Position numbers and translations under genes: made by a program
Virus record (IMG/VR): IMGVR_UViG_2778261693_000002
Span: 1-11,452 of that record
DNA length: 11,452 nucleotides
Origin: a virus
Lineage: Duplodnaviria > Heunggongvirae > Uroviricota > Caudoviricetes
Strand: one strand, 5' to 3'
The notes under the pieces: model-generated
Databases searched by the model: none
The model's input: only the letters and a program-made list of their open reading frames with translations
Told to the model about the DNA's origin: nothing
In this document: positions 1 to 8,452 of the stretch, one piece after another
How positions within the stretch are numbered: the first letter of the stretch is position 1
Layout: every line of letters begins with the position of its first letter

Positions 1-157
1 GCGTACCGGGTTGAGAAGCGGTGTAAGTGAACTGCAGTTGCCATGTTTTACGGCAGTGAGAGCAGAGATAGCGCTGATGTCCGGCGGTGCTTTTGCCGTT
101 ACGCACCACCCCGTCAGTAGCTGAACAGGAGGGACAGCTGATAGAAACAGAAGCCAC
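1..157 (-). CDS. insA: IS1 InsA (N-terminal transposase/repressor protein), 5' portion only; 3' end lies outside the window
   Basis: Minus-strand frame from GTG at 157-155 translates [52 protein letters not shown]..., matching remembered InsA; runs off the window edge. Confidence 0.75.
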   Translation of the reverse strand, partial: MASVSISCPSCSATDGVVRNGKSTAGHQRYLCSHCRKTWQLQFTYTASQPGT

Positions 158-212
158 TGGAGCACCTCAAAAACACCATCATACACTAAATCAGTAAGTT
201 GGCAGCATTACC
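1..212 (-). mobile_element. IS1 insertion sequence, partial (left ~212 bp including terminal inverted repeat at 190-212; element continues beyond window start)
   Basis: Reverse complement of 1-212 reads GGTAATGCTGCCAACTTACTGATTTAGTGTATGATGGTGTTTTTGAGGTGCTCCAGTGGCTTCTGTTTC..., i.e. the IS1 left terminal IR followed by the insA start. Recognised from memory of IS1, not searched. Sequence changes abruptly to AT-rich DNA at 213. Confidence 0.85.
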
Positions 213-689
213 AATTTTCTCTTCTATATTACCAGTTTCAGCTGCAATTGCAGATATACCTGAATTATATAATTCTAATCTGCGTAAAATTTGCTTTGGT
301 AATAAATTTCTATCTTTCAGCCTCTCAAATGAAAAAAGGTCATTAATCCTATGAGAGATATATAACATTGAAATAACATAAGATGGTATAGCGGTTTGTT
401 GAACTGATGCGTTACCATTGTTTATATGATTAATATTTTGCTGAGCATGATCCAGAGTGTAAATGAGCGCATCAATTACTGCAATGTCATCTGAAGATGG
501 TACAAATTCCTGCATCTGATTAATTCTATCAGATAACATTTTTGGTAGTTCTATCAGATCCTCTTTATGTAAAAAAGGAAATGTGTACGGCCCAAGGTTT
601 ATAAAATCTTCCACAGGGAATACAAGACCATTAAGTGTTGTATGTAAATTATCTAGTTTCTCTTTTAATTCAGTTAGTTTTTCGTTCAT
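186..689 (-). CDS. AT-rich hypothetical protein (orphan cargo gene); frame runs into IS1 and stops 8 codons inside the IS1 terminal repeat, so the native C-terminus is probably lost
   Basis: Long ORF in low-GC DNA. ATG at 689 is preceded by AAGGA (revcomp of 698-702); the longer track start at 836 has no RBS and sits directly on the upstream terminator T-run. Last codons GNAANLLI* are encoded by IS1 sequence 186-212. No recognisable family. Confidence 0.45.
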   Translation of the reverse strand: MNEKLTELKEKLDNLHTTLNGLVFPVEDFINLGPYTFPFLHKEDLIELPKMLSDRINQMQEFVPSSDDIAVIDALIYTLDHAQQNINHINNGNASVQQTAIPSYVISMLYISHRINDLFSFERLKDRNLLPKQILRRLELYNSGISAIAAETGNIEEKIGNAANLLI

Positions 690-845
690 TAAAAAATCCT
701 TTATGACGCTATCGAACTTCCAGAGTAATCCGATAAAGATATCATAAGACAATATTTTGGTATAAACACTTATTGCGCGCGCTCGTATCCCCGCCACGCC
801 TGCCCGCTTTATGTAGTGGTTTTCATGCACCTGCATGATCTACGC

Positions 846-869
846 AAAAGCCCGCCAGTTCTGGCAGGC
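846..869 (-). terminator. Rho-independent terminator for the LexA-controlled operon (minus strand)
   Basis: Plus-strand AAAA (846-849) followed by GCCCGCCAG tt CTGGCAGGC (9-bp stem, one mismatch); on the minus strand this is a GC hairpin followed by TTTT, ~135 nt downstream of the DinI-like stop. Confidence 0.5.
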
Positions 870-1003
870 CTTAGCAAAAACGATCCTCAAACGATCATGC
901 GATCTCATGCGGCATAGACATGCACCACAGAGCTAACGCCTCGCACAGCTCGTTGTTCAACCTTGCTGACGCCAGAAGCAAGTTCAGACGCCAGCAACGT
1001 TTC

Positions 1004-1237
1004 TTAATGCAGCCAGCTGTCGTCTTCCCACACCTTCTGCATAATTTTCATCACTTGTTTTCTTTCTTCGTCCAGTTGCAGTCCGGTCAGTTCCACACCG
1101 TTAGAGCTACCTTTGCGGATACGAATTACCGTTTTGGGATACAGAGGGCGCAGATTGCGGTAAAGCTCGGATTCAAGGGCGTCCAGTGTAGACTGGCTAA
1201 CCTTCTGCTCTTTATCGATCATTATTTCAATGCGCAT
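1004..1237 (-). CDS. DinI-like DNA-damage-inducible protein
   Basis: From internal ATG at 1237 (RBS GAGGTG 5 nt upstream) the product MRIEIMIDKEQKVSQSTLDALESELYRNLRPLYPKTVIRIRKG...KIMQKVWEDDSWLH aligns by eye with E. coli DinI (MRIEVTIAK...IDALAGELSRRI...ETWESADDWF). The 101-aa track ORF from 1309 is an upstream extension. Confidence 0.8.
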   Translation of the reverse strand: MRIEIMIDKEQKVSQSTLDALESELYRNLRPLYPKTVIRIRKGSSNGVELTGLQLDEERKQVMKIMQKVWEDDSWLH

Positions 1238-1247
1238 AAAAGTCACC

Positions 1248-1436
1248 TCAGCTGATGACATCCATTGAGCGGTTGTATTCGTGGGTTCTGATTTTTGCCA
1301 TGAGTTCATCTGTCAGTTCAGAAACCCACTGCAGGGCCAGCCCCTTCTCTTCATCACTACACTCACTAGCCGCTACAAGCTTAAGAAAAAAATCAATGCG
1401 CTGGAGCTTCAAAGACTCCAAAAAATAGTCCTGCAT
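1248..1436 (-). CDS. Small hypothetical protein, first gene of the LexA-box operon (positional analogue of the phage 186 Tum antirepressor; function not recognisable)
   Basis: 62-aa ORF with strong RBS (AGGAGG, revcomp of 1441-1446) 4 nt before ATG at 1436; directly downstream of the LexA box; its 3' end carries the RBS of the DinI-like gene. Confidence 0.45.
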   Translation of the reverse strand: MQDYFLESLKLQRIDFFLKLVAASECSDEEKGLALQWVSELTDELMAKIRTHEYNRSMDVIS

Positions 1437-1476
1437 CTTTCCTCCTATGACACCAAAGCAATACTGTATATATAAC

Positions 1477-1496
1477 CACTGTTTATATTTACAGTA
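1477..1496 (-). promoter_or_regulatory. LexA (SOS) operator, CTGT-N8-ACAG, with an overlapping second half-site at 1462-1474
   Basis: cACTGTTTATATTTACAGTA at 1477-1496 matches the LexA consensus TACTGTATATATATACAGTA at 17/20; TACTGTATATATA at 1462-1474 is a perfect left half with a degenerate right half. Located ~45-60 bp upstream of ATG 1436 in an AT-rich promoter-like region. Confidence 0.7.
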
Positions 1497-1588
1497 TATA
1501 ATAATCTTACTGATGTAAAACGTTTTTTTATGCTCATCAGCCTGATATGCCTGGTATTATTAAGGGCACGAATTGTTAACCCGCGTAA

Positions 1589-4003
1589 TTAATACAGGTT
1601 TCGCCACTTATCATCTTCCTGCAAACGCTGGTTCCGATAGAAGATACGCAGGCCTGCTCCTGACGGAATACTGCCGCCGCGAAGCAGTAAATCGACCTCT
1701 TTCTCGCTGCCATCAAATCCCCTGGACTTCAGTTCATACACGAGCTGCTGTCGCTGATGATCTGTAATTCGCTGTTTGTAGTCTTTACGCCGTTTCGGTT
1801 TCACAAGGCGTAACCTTGCTGCCAGTTCCCGGCGCTCTTTTTTGCTCATACTGTGCAGGTAATCGTGCAACTCCTTGTCATCCATGCGGGTGATATCCGT
1901 TCTGGTATCTCCATCAGCTGATTTGTCTTTCCCTTGTTGGTACAAATTTTCAGCAAGGGGACAGTTATTGCCACGAGTCCAAGGGGCGCAAGCGCCCTGG
2001 TCGGCTGCCGCCTCCTGAACGTCAACGGCCTTACGAACCATTTTCCACTTCACTGCATGAGTGCAGATCTTGCCCTCTGCAATGGGTGACCAGATGCCAT
2101 AAATACGAATACCGTGATCGCCATAGGCGGTTGGCTCTTCGTTGATTTCATAAGCGGTTCTGATGAGGTGATATTTGCGGGGAACCAGTACGCCGCCCTG
2201 CTTCATGATGTAGGTGGCAAAACAACCAGCATCAGCAGCAGCCAGGATGGCATCAAGGCGCGGGTTATCCAGTACCGACGCACCTGCTTTTTTGTCACCC
2301 TGTTGCCTTGCCGCCTGACCAGCCAGCAATCGCAGTTCACGGTAAGCCTGACGCCCCGGAATGCCAAAGAAGCGGAATTGCTGAACACGATGCAGAGACG
2401 CCCAGGCATTAACGTATTCAGCGTTATCACGCAGGGATTTCCCCGTTTCCTTACTGATCTCGCCAGCCAGACCACGCCCGTCAATATTCTTACTGATATA
2501 TTTCGCAATGTAGCTTGTCGGCGTTCCTTTGCGCGGGTTTATCAGCTCAGACTTAAAGCGTGGCCCCGTGTTATTGCCCAGCTCCTCGCGGTCTTCACGG
2601 ATGGCAAACTTACGCAACAATGCAGTAATGGCGCGGCGGTCTTTTTTGCGCATGAAACACAACAGGTGCCAGTGAACTGTGCCATCATGATGCGGCTCAG
2701 CCACCCGCACGCCATACCAGCGCAACCCGGCTTTGTGCATAGCCTTACGAAATGCAGCAAACATGCCGACCAGATAATCGCTGCTTTGTCTTACTGTCGC
2801 GTTGGTCCAGGTCGGGTTTGGCCTGCCGTTATTTAGCGTGGAATGGAAACGTGACGGACAGGTGATGGTGTAGAAAACGGCGCAGTCACCGCGCATTTCC
2901 GCGATAAGCTCCAGGCCTTTAACACAGGCCATCATCTCGTTGCGGCGATGCGCCGGGTTGCTGCTGCTGGCGTTTACCACATCCTCCATGTTCAGCGTGT
3001 CGCCGTCTTCGTTCACCAGTTCATGAGAACGGAAAAACTCCAGCGACTTACGGCGCTGCTCACGTTTATGCATCACGGCTTCATAGCTGACATAGGGAGA
3101 TGCTTTTTTGCTGACCAGGCAGACAGCACGCAACTGCTCTTCCCGCCATTCGCAACGCATCTTCCATAATTTCCGATACCACCAGTCGGCGCACAGCATA
3201 CGCGCCAGCGAACCCGGAATGCGTTCATAAGGCACAGGTTTGCGGCGGTTTCTTTTCCGGCGGAGTTGCTCAAACGCAGGCGGTATGACATCCAGTCGCA
3301 GGGTTTCTGCAGCCACCTTTTCCCATGTCTTGCGGATTTCTTCTGGCTTAACATCATCGGAGGCGTACAAATCACCACAAGCGGCATCAAGACACATGCT
3401 CATATGCGCAGCGACAAGGGTAGACAGGCGTTTCACCTGATCCTGACTCATTTCAGGCAGGATCAGCAGACCGTCCAGCCCTTCATGGCTTGCCATAAAC
3501 CGAAAAGATGCAGATAGCTGGCTGTCGCGTACATGCTCCAGTCGTTCCAGACATGGCTTAATCGTCTCACGCAAATAGCGGGAATAAGCCTTTGGCCTGC
3601 CCAGGCTGCTGAAGTATTCAATACGTTGCATCAGCGGCTTGCTGATATGGGAAGGCTGGGCGTTGACGTCAGCCAGAATGACCATGTCTGGATTAAAACG
3701 CTGCTGCTCATGCGCCATCTTTGCCCGGCTAATGAGCTTATCCTGCTCCATTTCGCGTTGGACAGGATCACGGGATTCATTAAAGAAATAACGCTCCCAG
3801 ACCTGATCACTTAGTGCCTCGCGGCGCAGTTGTTCCTGCTCGTTATCGGTAGCGTACAAAGTGATCAGGTTTGAAAGCGCAGAAACCGGCGCAACTTCCA
3901 CCGGGTCCAGATAAGGGTTAATGGCCTTTTTCGGGCTGTTCCATGAGAATGCTGCGGCGACCTCGTTAAAGCCGCTGCAGTTGTTCATATCAGCATGGCT
4001 CAT
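1589..4003 (-). CDS. Replication initiation endonuclease, phage P2 gpA family (HUH rolling-circle initiator)
   Basis: 804-aa ORF; HUH motif VHWHLLCF and paired-tyrosine active-site motif YIAKYISK; ATG 4003 overlaps the upstream Dam stop (ATGA); RBS GGAG 8 nt upstream. Confidence 0.9.
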   Translation of the reverse strand: MSHADMNNCSGFNEVAAAFSWNSPKKAINPYLDPVEVAPVSALSNLITLYATDNEQEQLRREALSDQVWERYFFNESRDPVQREMEQDKLISRAKMAHEQQRFNPDMVILADVNAQPSHISKPLMQRIEYFSSLGRPKAYSRYLRETIKPCLERLEHVRDSQLSASFRFMASHEGLDGLLILPEMSQDQVKRLSTLVAAHMSMCLDAACGDLYASDDVKPEEIRKTWEKVAAETLRLDVIPPAFEQLRRKRNRRKPVPYERIPGSLARMLCADWWYRKLWKMRCEWREEQLRAVCLVSKKASPYVSYEAVMHKREQRRKSLEFFRSHELVNEDGDTLNMEDVVNASSSNPAHRRNEMMACVKGLELIAEMRGDCAVFYTITCPSRFHSTLNNGRPNPTWTNATVRQSSDYLVGMFAAFRKAMHKAGLRWYGVRVAEPHHDGTVHWHLLCFMRKKDRRAITALLRKFAIREDREELGNNTGPRFKSELINPRKGTPTSYIAKYISKNIDGRGLAGEISKETGKSLRDNAEYVNAWASLHRVQQFRFFGIPGRQAYRELRLLAGQAARQQGDKKAGASVLDNPRLDAILAAADAGCFATYIMKQGGVLVPRKYHLIRTAYEINEEPTAYGDHGIRIYGIWSPIAEGKICTHAVKWKMVRKAVDVQEAAADQGACAPWTRGNNCPLAENLYQQGKDKSADGDTRTDITRMDDKELHDYLHSMSKKERRELAARLRLVKPKRRKDYKQRITDHQRQQLVYELKSRGFDGSEKEVDLLLRGGSIPSGAGLRIFYRNQRLQEDDKWRNLY

Positions 4004-4857
4004 GCACGCACTCCGTACACGGCAGAACTATCCACGCCACGCGAAGGATCAAATCCCATCCAACAGCGCGGCCCGGAAACAGCGATGATTTCTGTTGCAG
4101 ATTTACTCTCACCAGCTGCTACACCGATGCTGCGTTTTGCCTTGATGTAGTGGTGAGTAAAATTGCGATACAGCGAACGGATCAGGGATGTATCACTGTT
4201 AGAAACAATGACCGGATGTCCTTCTGATGACCGATGTTCAAGAACGGATGCCAGGTGATACTGGTCATCTTCAGTGAAACCATCAGTGTGATAGCCGGAA
4301 AACGTACCGTCATACGGCGGATCGCAATACACCACATCCCCCACCTGCAGCATCGCCAGCGTTTCATCAAAGCTTGCGCAGATAAACGTTGCACGCTGGG
4401 CCTTTTCTGCAAATGCGCGAATTTCTTTTTCAGGGAAATACGGATTTTTATAATTACCGTAGGGAATGTTGAAATGCCCGCTCTTGTTATAGCGACATAA
4501 ACCACGGTAACCGTGACGATTGAGATACAGGAAATATACCGCTTTCATGAAATCAGTAATTTCAGTTGAGTAATTAAACTCCTGCCTTATGTTGTAATAA
4601 GCCACCTCCCTGTTTGCGATCTCAAATAAAACTCTGGCGCGAGATATAAACGATTCACAATCAGCAGCAACCTTTTTATAGAGGTTGATTAAATCAGGAT
4701 TAATATCCGCAACAAGATAGCTGGGGTAATCCGTCTCCATCATCACAGCACAGGAACCCGCGAAAGGTTCAACCAGTCGCGGGCCAGCAGGAAGATGTTT
4801 TTTCAGTTCGGACATAATGGCAGTTTTATTACCCGCCCATTTCAGGATGGTGCTCAT
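4000..4857 (-). CDS. dam: DNA adenine methyltransferase (Dam-like, N6-adenine, GATC class)
   Basis: 285-aa ORF with KWAGNK, FAGSCAV (AdoMet-binding region) and catalytic DPPY motif ([10 protein letters not shown]); RBS GGAGGTG; start overlaps the stop of the upstream gene (ATGA). Confidence 0.85.
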   Translation of the reverse strand: MSTILKWAGNKTAIMSELKKHLPAGPRLVEPFAGSCAVMMETDYPSYLVADINPDLINLYKKVAADCESFISRARVLFEIANREVAYYNIRQEFNYSTEITDFMKAVYFLYLNRHGYRGLCRYNKSGHFNIPYGNYKNPYFPEKEIRAFAEKAQRATFICASFDETLAMLQVGDVVYCDPPYDGTFSGYHTDGFTEDDQYHLASVLEHRSSEGHPVIVSNSDTSLIRSLYRNFTHHYIKAKRSIGVAAGESKSATEIIAVSGPRCWMGFDPSRGVDSSAVYGVRA

Positions 4858-5081
4858 ACAGCACCTCCGTTGTAATGTTTACCTTTCAGCTCTGCGATTT
4901 CCTGACAGGTAATGCAAAGCTGCACTCCCGGAATGGCGCGGCGGCGCGCTGGCGGAATTGGCGCTTCACACTCAATGCAAAGCACGCGAGACACGCCAGG
5001 TGTTTTGGCACGGGCAGCACGGATGTGGCGCTGGCGTTCTTCTTCAACGCGCTGCTGTACGAGATCCATTGCATCAGCCAT
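4854..5081 (-). CDS. TraR/DksA-family C4 zinc-finger protein
   Basis: 75 aa; CIECEAPIPPARRRAIPGVQLCITCQ...KGKHY closely parallels F-plasmid TraR (LCEACGNPIPEARRKIFPGVTLCVECQ...RKHY) as remembered; RBS AGGAGA; ATG overlaps the preceding stop (TAATG). Confidence 0.8.
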   Translation of the reverse strand: MADAMDLVQQRVEEERQRHIRAARAKTPGVSRVLCIECEAPIPPARRRAIPGVQLCITCQEIAELKGKHYNGGAV

Positions 5082-5314
5082 TAGTGGATCTCCTGCGCTT
5101 CGTTCTGGATTGCTTCAGCGGTCACACGCAGCAGTTCTGCTGCTTCAACGTGGTTTAGCTGGCGGGATGAGATATGACACGCCAGGCTATCAAGGCGAGC
5201 TGCCATTGCTTCAGCCCTTGCCCGGCGTTCTTCCAGACGAGCCTCTGTCAGTAAAAGATTAAGACCTGCATCATCCGGTCCGGTTTTGGTCGTGAGGGTT
5301 TCAATATTACGCAT
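5081..5314 (-). CDS. Hypothetical phage early protein
   Basis: ORF in the early operon; the track start at 5320 is TTG, and the ATG at 5314 has RBS AGGAGA 7 nt upstream; stop overlaps the next start codon. Confidence 0.45.
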   Translation of the reverse strand: MRNIETLTTKTGPDDAGLNLLLTEARLEERRARAEAMAARLDSLACHISSRQLNHVEAAELLRVTAEAIQNEAQEIH

Positions 5315-5381
5315 AAGCAATTCTCCTGAATTTAGATAAAGGGATGCCCGGCGGGTTTACGCCATTAATTTCATTAGTTGG

Positions 5382-5723
5382 TTAATTCGGCATGGTTAGC
5401 CGTCTGGGAAATAAGCTCACCACTGCACGAAAATGATTCATTGCTTTAATCAACTCCCGCTTTTCGTCAGTGGTCAGCTCATTAATGCTGATGCTATGAC
5501 GTTCAGCTGGAATTTTTGCCATAAAGAATATGGCAGCCAGGGCTCGTTTATTTTGTTCGTTATTAATATCCCGTGGATCACGCATATCTTTAATAAACCG
5601 CTCAAGCTCTGACTCAATATTCAGGCCAAATACTTTCGCCCTTAACTCCGCAATGTGATTAAGTCCATTCAGGCGTTCACCGGGGCTTAATGGAACAGTC
5701 GCCGCAGCGCCTTCAATAGCCAT
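5382..5723 (-). CDS. Hypothetical phage early protein
   Basis: 113-aa ORF, ATG at 5723 preceded by GGGGGAA; co-oriented and tightly packed with neighbours; no recognisable motif. Confidence 0.5.
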   Translation of the reverse strand: MAIEGAAATVPLSPGERLNGLNHIAELRAKVFGLNIESELERFIKDMRDPRDINNEQNKRALAAIFFMAKIPAERHSISINELTTDEKRELIKAMNHFRAVVSLFPRRLTMPN

Positions 5724-5887
5724 TTGTTCCCCCGTTTTTTCGTAGATAGTTCTGCCAGCAATTCATCTTGTGAACGGCACGGATGCCAGCGTTTACCATC
5801 CTCCCCCATAATCCAGCCGTGACCATAATGCATTGCCGGGCTTTGTTTAACCAGCAGCGATGCAAATGATGGTTCTTTCGTCAACAT
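5687..5887 (-). CDS. Small hypothetical protein (position of 186 fil/dhr-type small early genes)
   Basis: Track ORF starts at GTG 5917 inside the CII-like gene; the ATG at 5887 with RBS GAGGTG begins after the CII-like stop. 66 aa from ATG. Low information. Confidence 0.35.
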   Translation of the reverse strand: MLTKEPSFASLLVKQSPAMHYGHGWIMGEDGKRWHPCRSQDELLAELSTKKRGNKWLLKALRRLFH

Positions 5888-5894
5888 AAGCACC

Positions 5895-6404
5895 TCACAG
5901 CAAACCAAATGAAGCACCGAGGCCAGTCACGGTATCAACTGCACTCGCCATCGCAGGATTAGCCTGTAAACGGGCCTGCAATGAAACAGCCGCCAGCGCC
6001 ATCAGTCGTGTTACAGAGTTAATGCTGCTGATAGCATCACGACGACCGGCGCAGGTTTTTACATCGCCAGACACCGCACCTGCAGCAACACGCCCGATCT
6101 CTGCGGTTGCACTCATGACGTAATGTGGCAGTTTCTCTTTTGCCACCTCATTAATCGGTACACATGGCAGACAATGAATCTGTGCCAGAAAACCATCTAT
6201 CAGCGTTGAGTCTTCTGTCAGATCGGTAAGCAGCCAGATTTCTGGCGCATTGAGCTGATGCGGTTGATCTGGGTTGAGTTTGTTTCGCAGTGTCTGAACA
6301 TTCATTCCTGCACGTTCTGCCAGCTTCGCCATATTGTGACGTAGTGCAAAAGCTCTACAGGCTTCATCAAAATACGGATGTTTGGAAATCTTGTAATCAA
6401 ACAT
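5895..6404 (-). CDS. CII-like transcriptional regulator (HTH), second gene of the lytic operon
   Basis: 169-aa ORF, the same length I recall for phage 186 CII and in the same position (directly after apl); HTH-like segment MAKLAERAGMNVQTLRNKL; RBS GGGGG 4 nt before ATG 6404. Confidence 0.55.
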   Translation of the reverse strand: MFDYKISKHPYFDEACRAFALRHNMAKLAERAGMNVQTLRNKLNPDQPHQLNAPEIWLLTDLTEDSTLIDGFLAQIHCLPCVPINEVAKEKLPHYVMSATAEIGRVAAGAVSGDVKTCAGRRDAISSINSVTRLMALAAVSLQARLQANPAMASAVDTVTGLGASFGLL

Positions 6405-6436
6405 GCTGCCCCCTTAGAAAGTTCCCATAATTGAAC

Positions 6437-6679
6437 TTACTTACCAACAATGACGCGGAAGTTGGAATGTCCGAGGGATTCACGGACCTGATCAGTTTTG
6501 TACATCAGATAACGCAGACTTACGCGGCCTTTGTTTTTTTCTTTCTTGACCATGTACTTAGCAAGTTGACCATGGTGAATTTTTTGGTAAACAGAGCCGC
6601 GGGAAATGCCCTCCCACTCTGCGAACTCTGCAGGTGTTGCCATCTCTTTTGGTACACGAATTGAAATATCAGTACTCAT
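6437..6679 (-). CDS. Apl/Cox-type excisionase and switch regulator
   Basis: 80-aa first gene of the minus-strand operon, convergent-promoter arrangement opposite cI as in 186/P2; HTH-like EFAEWEGISRGSVYQKIHHGQL. Confidence 0.65.
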   Translation of the reverse strand: MSTDISIRVPKEMATPAEFAEWEGISRGSVYQKIHHGQLAKYMVKKEKNKGRVSLRYLMYKTDQVRESLGHSNFRVIVGK

Positions 6680-6758
6680 AGTGCAGTATCTCTTACTTTG
6701 TGTGCGTGTTAGTTCGTTTTAGCCCGTCTCTTAAACTCTCACATCAAGAGACAAGAAA

Positions 6759-6787
6759 ACATTACGATCTTGATTCAAGATTGTCAA
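6759..6787 (-). promoter_or_regulatory. Candidate lytic promoter (pR-like) with palindromic operator in the spacer
   Basis: Minus strand reads TTGACA (revcomp of 6782-6787), 17-nt spacer, TAATGT (revcomp of 6759-6764); the spacer contains the perfect palindrome ATCTTGATTCAAGAT (6767-6781); a further TCAAGAG half-site lies at 6745-6751. Confidence 0.4.
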
Positions 6788-6800
6788 ATGGAGATTACCA

Positions 6801-7433
6801 ATGTTAAACATCAGAATGGGTTCCGATACGGGAGGTAAAGCAGCTATTGAGAGGCTGCTTGCGGCTTATGGATTCACAACTAAGCAGGCATTAAGTGAGC
6901 ACCTGAATGTCTCAAAAAGCACTATGGCAAACAGAGTGTTACGTGACAGCTTTCCTGCTGACTGGATAATTCAGTGCGCACTAGAAACCGGTGTTTCGTT
7001 GCTTTGGTTAGCTACAGGACAGGGAAGCATGAAAGCAGGATCTGAGACTGAAAAAAGATCTCACAATGAGAACAAACAAGCAATTAAACCGTTATCTAAA
7101 CTCATAACTCCATCTATTCCTAAAGGAACCTTGGAGAATGGACAACTCAGTATTGATGAAGAGATTTTCCTAGACCACAGCATATTACCTGCAAATTATG
7201 AAGAATCGATGTTCTTAGAAACCCCTACTGATTGTTATCTCATCGATAAATCAGTTAAACAAGTCAGCAATGGATTCTGGCTTATCAATATTGATGGAAT
7301 GATTATTATTGCAAAAATTATGCGGATTCCCGGCAATAAGATTGTAGTAAATCAAGATGAAGCGTCTTTCGAGTGCTCTGCTGATGATGTGGAAGTTATT
7401 GGGCGTGCAGTCAAAGTAATAAAGAGTATCTAA
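6801..7433 (+). CDS. CI-type immunity repressor (N-terminal HTH, C-terminal domain)
   Basis: 210-aa ORF immediately upstream of and co-transcribed with int (stop 7431-7433, int ATG 7436); HTH-like TTKQALSEHLNVSKSTMANRV; RBS GGAG; divergent from apl across the switch region. Confidence 0.7.
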   Translation: MLNIRMGSDTGGKAAIERLLAAYGFTTKQALSEHLNVSKSTMANRVLRDSFPADWIIQCALETGVSLLWLATGQGSMKAGSETEKRSHNENKQAIKPLSKLITPSIPKGTLENGQLSIDEEIFLDHSILPANYEESMFLETPTDCYLIDKSVKQVSNGFWLINIDGMIIIAKIMRIPGNKIVVNQDEASFECSADDVEVIGRAVKVIKSI

Positions 7434-7435
7434 AC

Positions 7436-8452
7436 ATGACTGTCAGAAAACAGCCAAACGGCAAATGGTTGTGTGAGTGCTATCCCAATGGACGCAATGG
7501 CAAGCGCGTGCGTAAGCAATTTGCTACGAAAGGAGAAGCCATTGCTTTTGAAAGCTTCACAATGGAAGAAGTGAATAAAAAACCGTGGCTAGGTGAAAAG
7601 GATGATCGGCGACGCCTATCAGAATTAATTGAGCTTTGGTATTCCCTGTATGGTCAGACACTCGCAGACCCCAGGCGCCTCATGGCGAAACTTAGAATTA
7701 TCTGTAATGGTCTAGGCGACCCCATCGCCTCAGAACTGACAGCCGGTGACTTTACGAAATACCGCGAAGCACGGTTAAAAGGCGACGTTCGTAACGAAGA
7801 CGGCACACTAATGTCGCCAGTAAAACCACGCACGGTGAATCTTGAGCAACGTAACCTATCATCGGTTTTCGGCACATTGAAAAAACTAGGCCACTGGTCA
7901 GCACCAAATCCTCTCGCCGGGCTGCCAACATTTAAAATCGCTGAGGGGGAACTGGCGTTCCTGACCTCGGAAGAAATTAAACGTCTGCTAGATGCCTGCG
8001 CTGATTCTCAAAACCCCAGTCTGCTTTTGATTGCAAAAATATGCCTGGCCACCGGCGCACGCTGGAGTGAAGCCGAAAACCTGCAGGGCCATCAGTTATC
8101 TAAATACCGCATCACTTATACCAAGACGAAGGGCAAGAAAAACCGCACCGTGCCGATATCTCAAGATCTGTATGACGAACTCCCCAAGAACAGAGGGAAG
8201 CTATTCACTCCGTGCAGAAAAGCCTTTGAACGGGCAGTAAAGCGAGCTGGCATCGAGCTGCCAGAGGGCCAATGCACTCACGTGCTACGTCATACATTCG
8301 CCAGTCATTTTATGATGAATGGCGGAAACATACTGGTGCTACGCGATATTCTGGGCCATGCCGATATAAAAATGACGATGATTTACGCCCACTTTTCGCC
8401 CGATCACCTTGAAGATGCGGTTACTAAAAACCCTTTATGCAACTTAAGATAA
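7436..8452 (+). CDS. int: Tyrosine site-specific integrase (P2/186 type)
   Basis: 338-aa ORF; catalytic-domain signature ARWSE...HVLRHTFASHF...GHADIKMTMIYAHF (R, H-x-x-R, Y); size and position typical of P2-like int. Confidence 0.9.
   Translation: MTVRKQPNGKWLCECYPNGRNGKRVRKQFATKGEAIAFESFTMEEVNKKPWLGEKDDRRRLSELIELWYSLYGQTLADPRRLMAKLRIICNGLGDPIASELTAGDFTKYREARLKGDVRNEDGTLMSPVKPRTVNLEQRNLSSVFGTLKKLGHWSAPNPLAGLPTFKIAEGELAFLTSEEIKRLLDACADSQNPSLLLIAKICLATGARWSEAENLQGHQLSKYRITYTKTKGKKNRTVPISQDLYDELPKNRGKLFTPCRKAFERAVKRAGIELPEGQCTHVLRHTFASHFMMNGGNILVLRDILGHADIKMTMIYAHFSPDHLEDAVTKNPLCNLR

Noticed and set aside
1-185. GC-richer non-coding-looking leader, first considered as a phage cos/end region
   Set aside because: It reads as IS1 (terminal repeat and insA start) in reverse orientation, not as a cos site.
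186-836. Track ORF start at 836 (216 aa)
   Set aside because: ATG 836 has no RBS and abuts the terminator T-run of the upstream operon; the ATG at 689 with AAGGA is preferred.
920-1255. Plus-strand 111-aa ORF
   Set aside because: Antisense to the DinI-like gene and terminator region; no RBS; does not fit the operon structure.
1004-1309. Track ORF start at 1309 for the DinI-like gene (101 aa)
   Set aside because: DinI similarity begins at internal MRIEI (ATG 1237), which has its own GAGGTG RBS; the extension would overlap the upstream ORF.
2114-2836. Plus-strand 240-aa ORF (and other ORFs at 2203-3814 on either strand)
   Set aside because: All lie inside the gpA-type replication gene in alternative frames or antisense; typical spurious ORFs in a GC-rich gene.
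4875-5262. Plus-strand ORFs of 69, 116 and 66 aa
   Set aside because: Antisense to the TraR-like gene and the adjacent hypothetical gene; no start context.
6431-6664. Plus-strand 77-aa ORF
   Set aside because: Antisense to the Apl/Cox-like gene.
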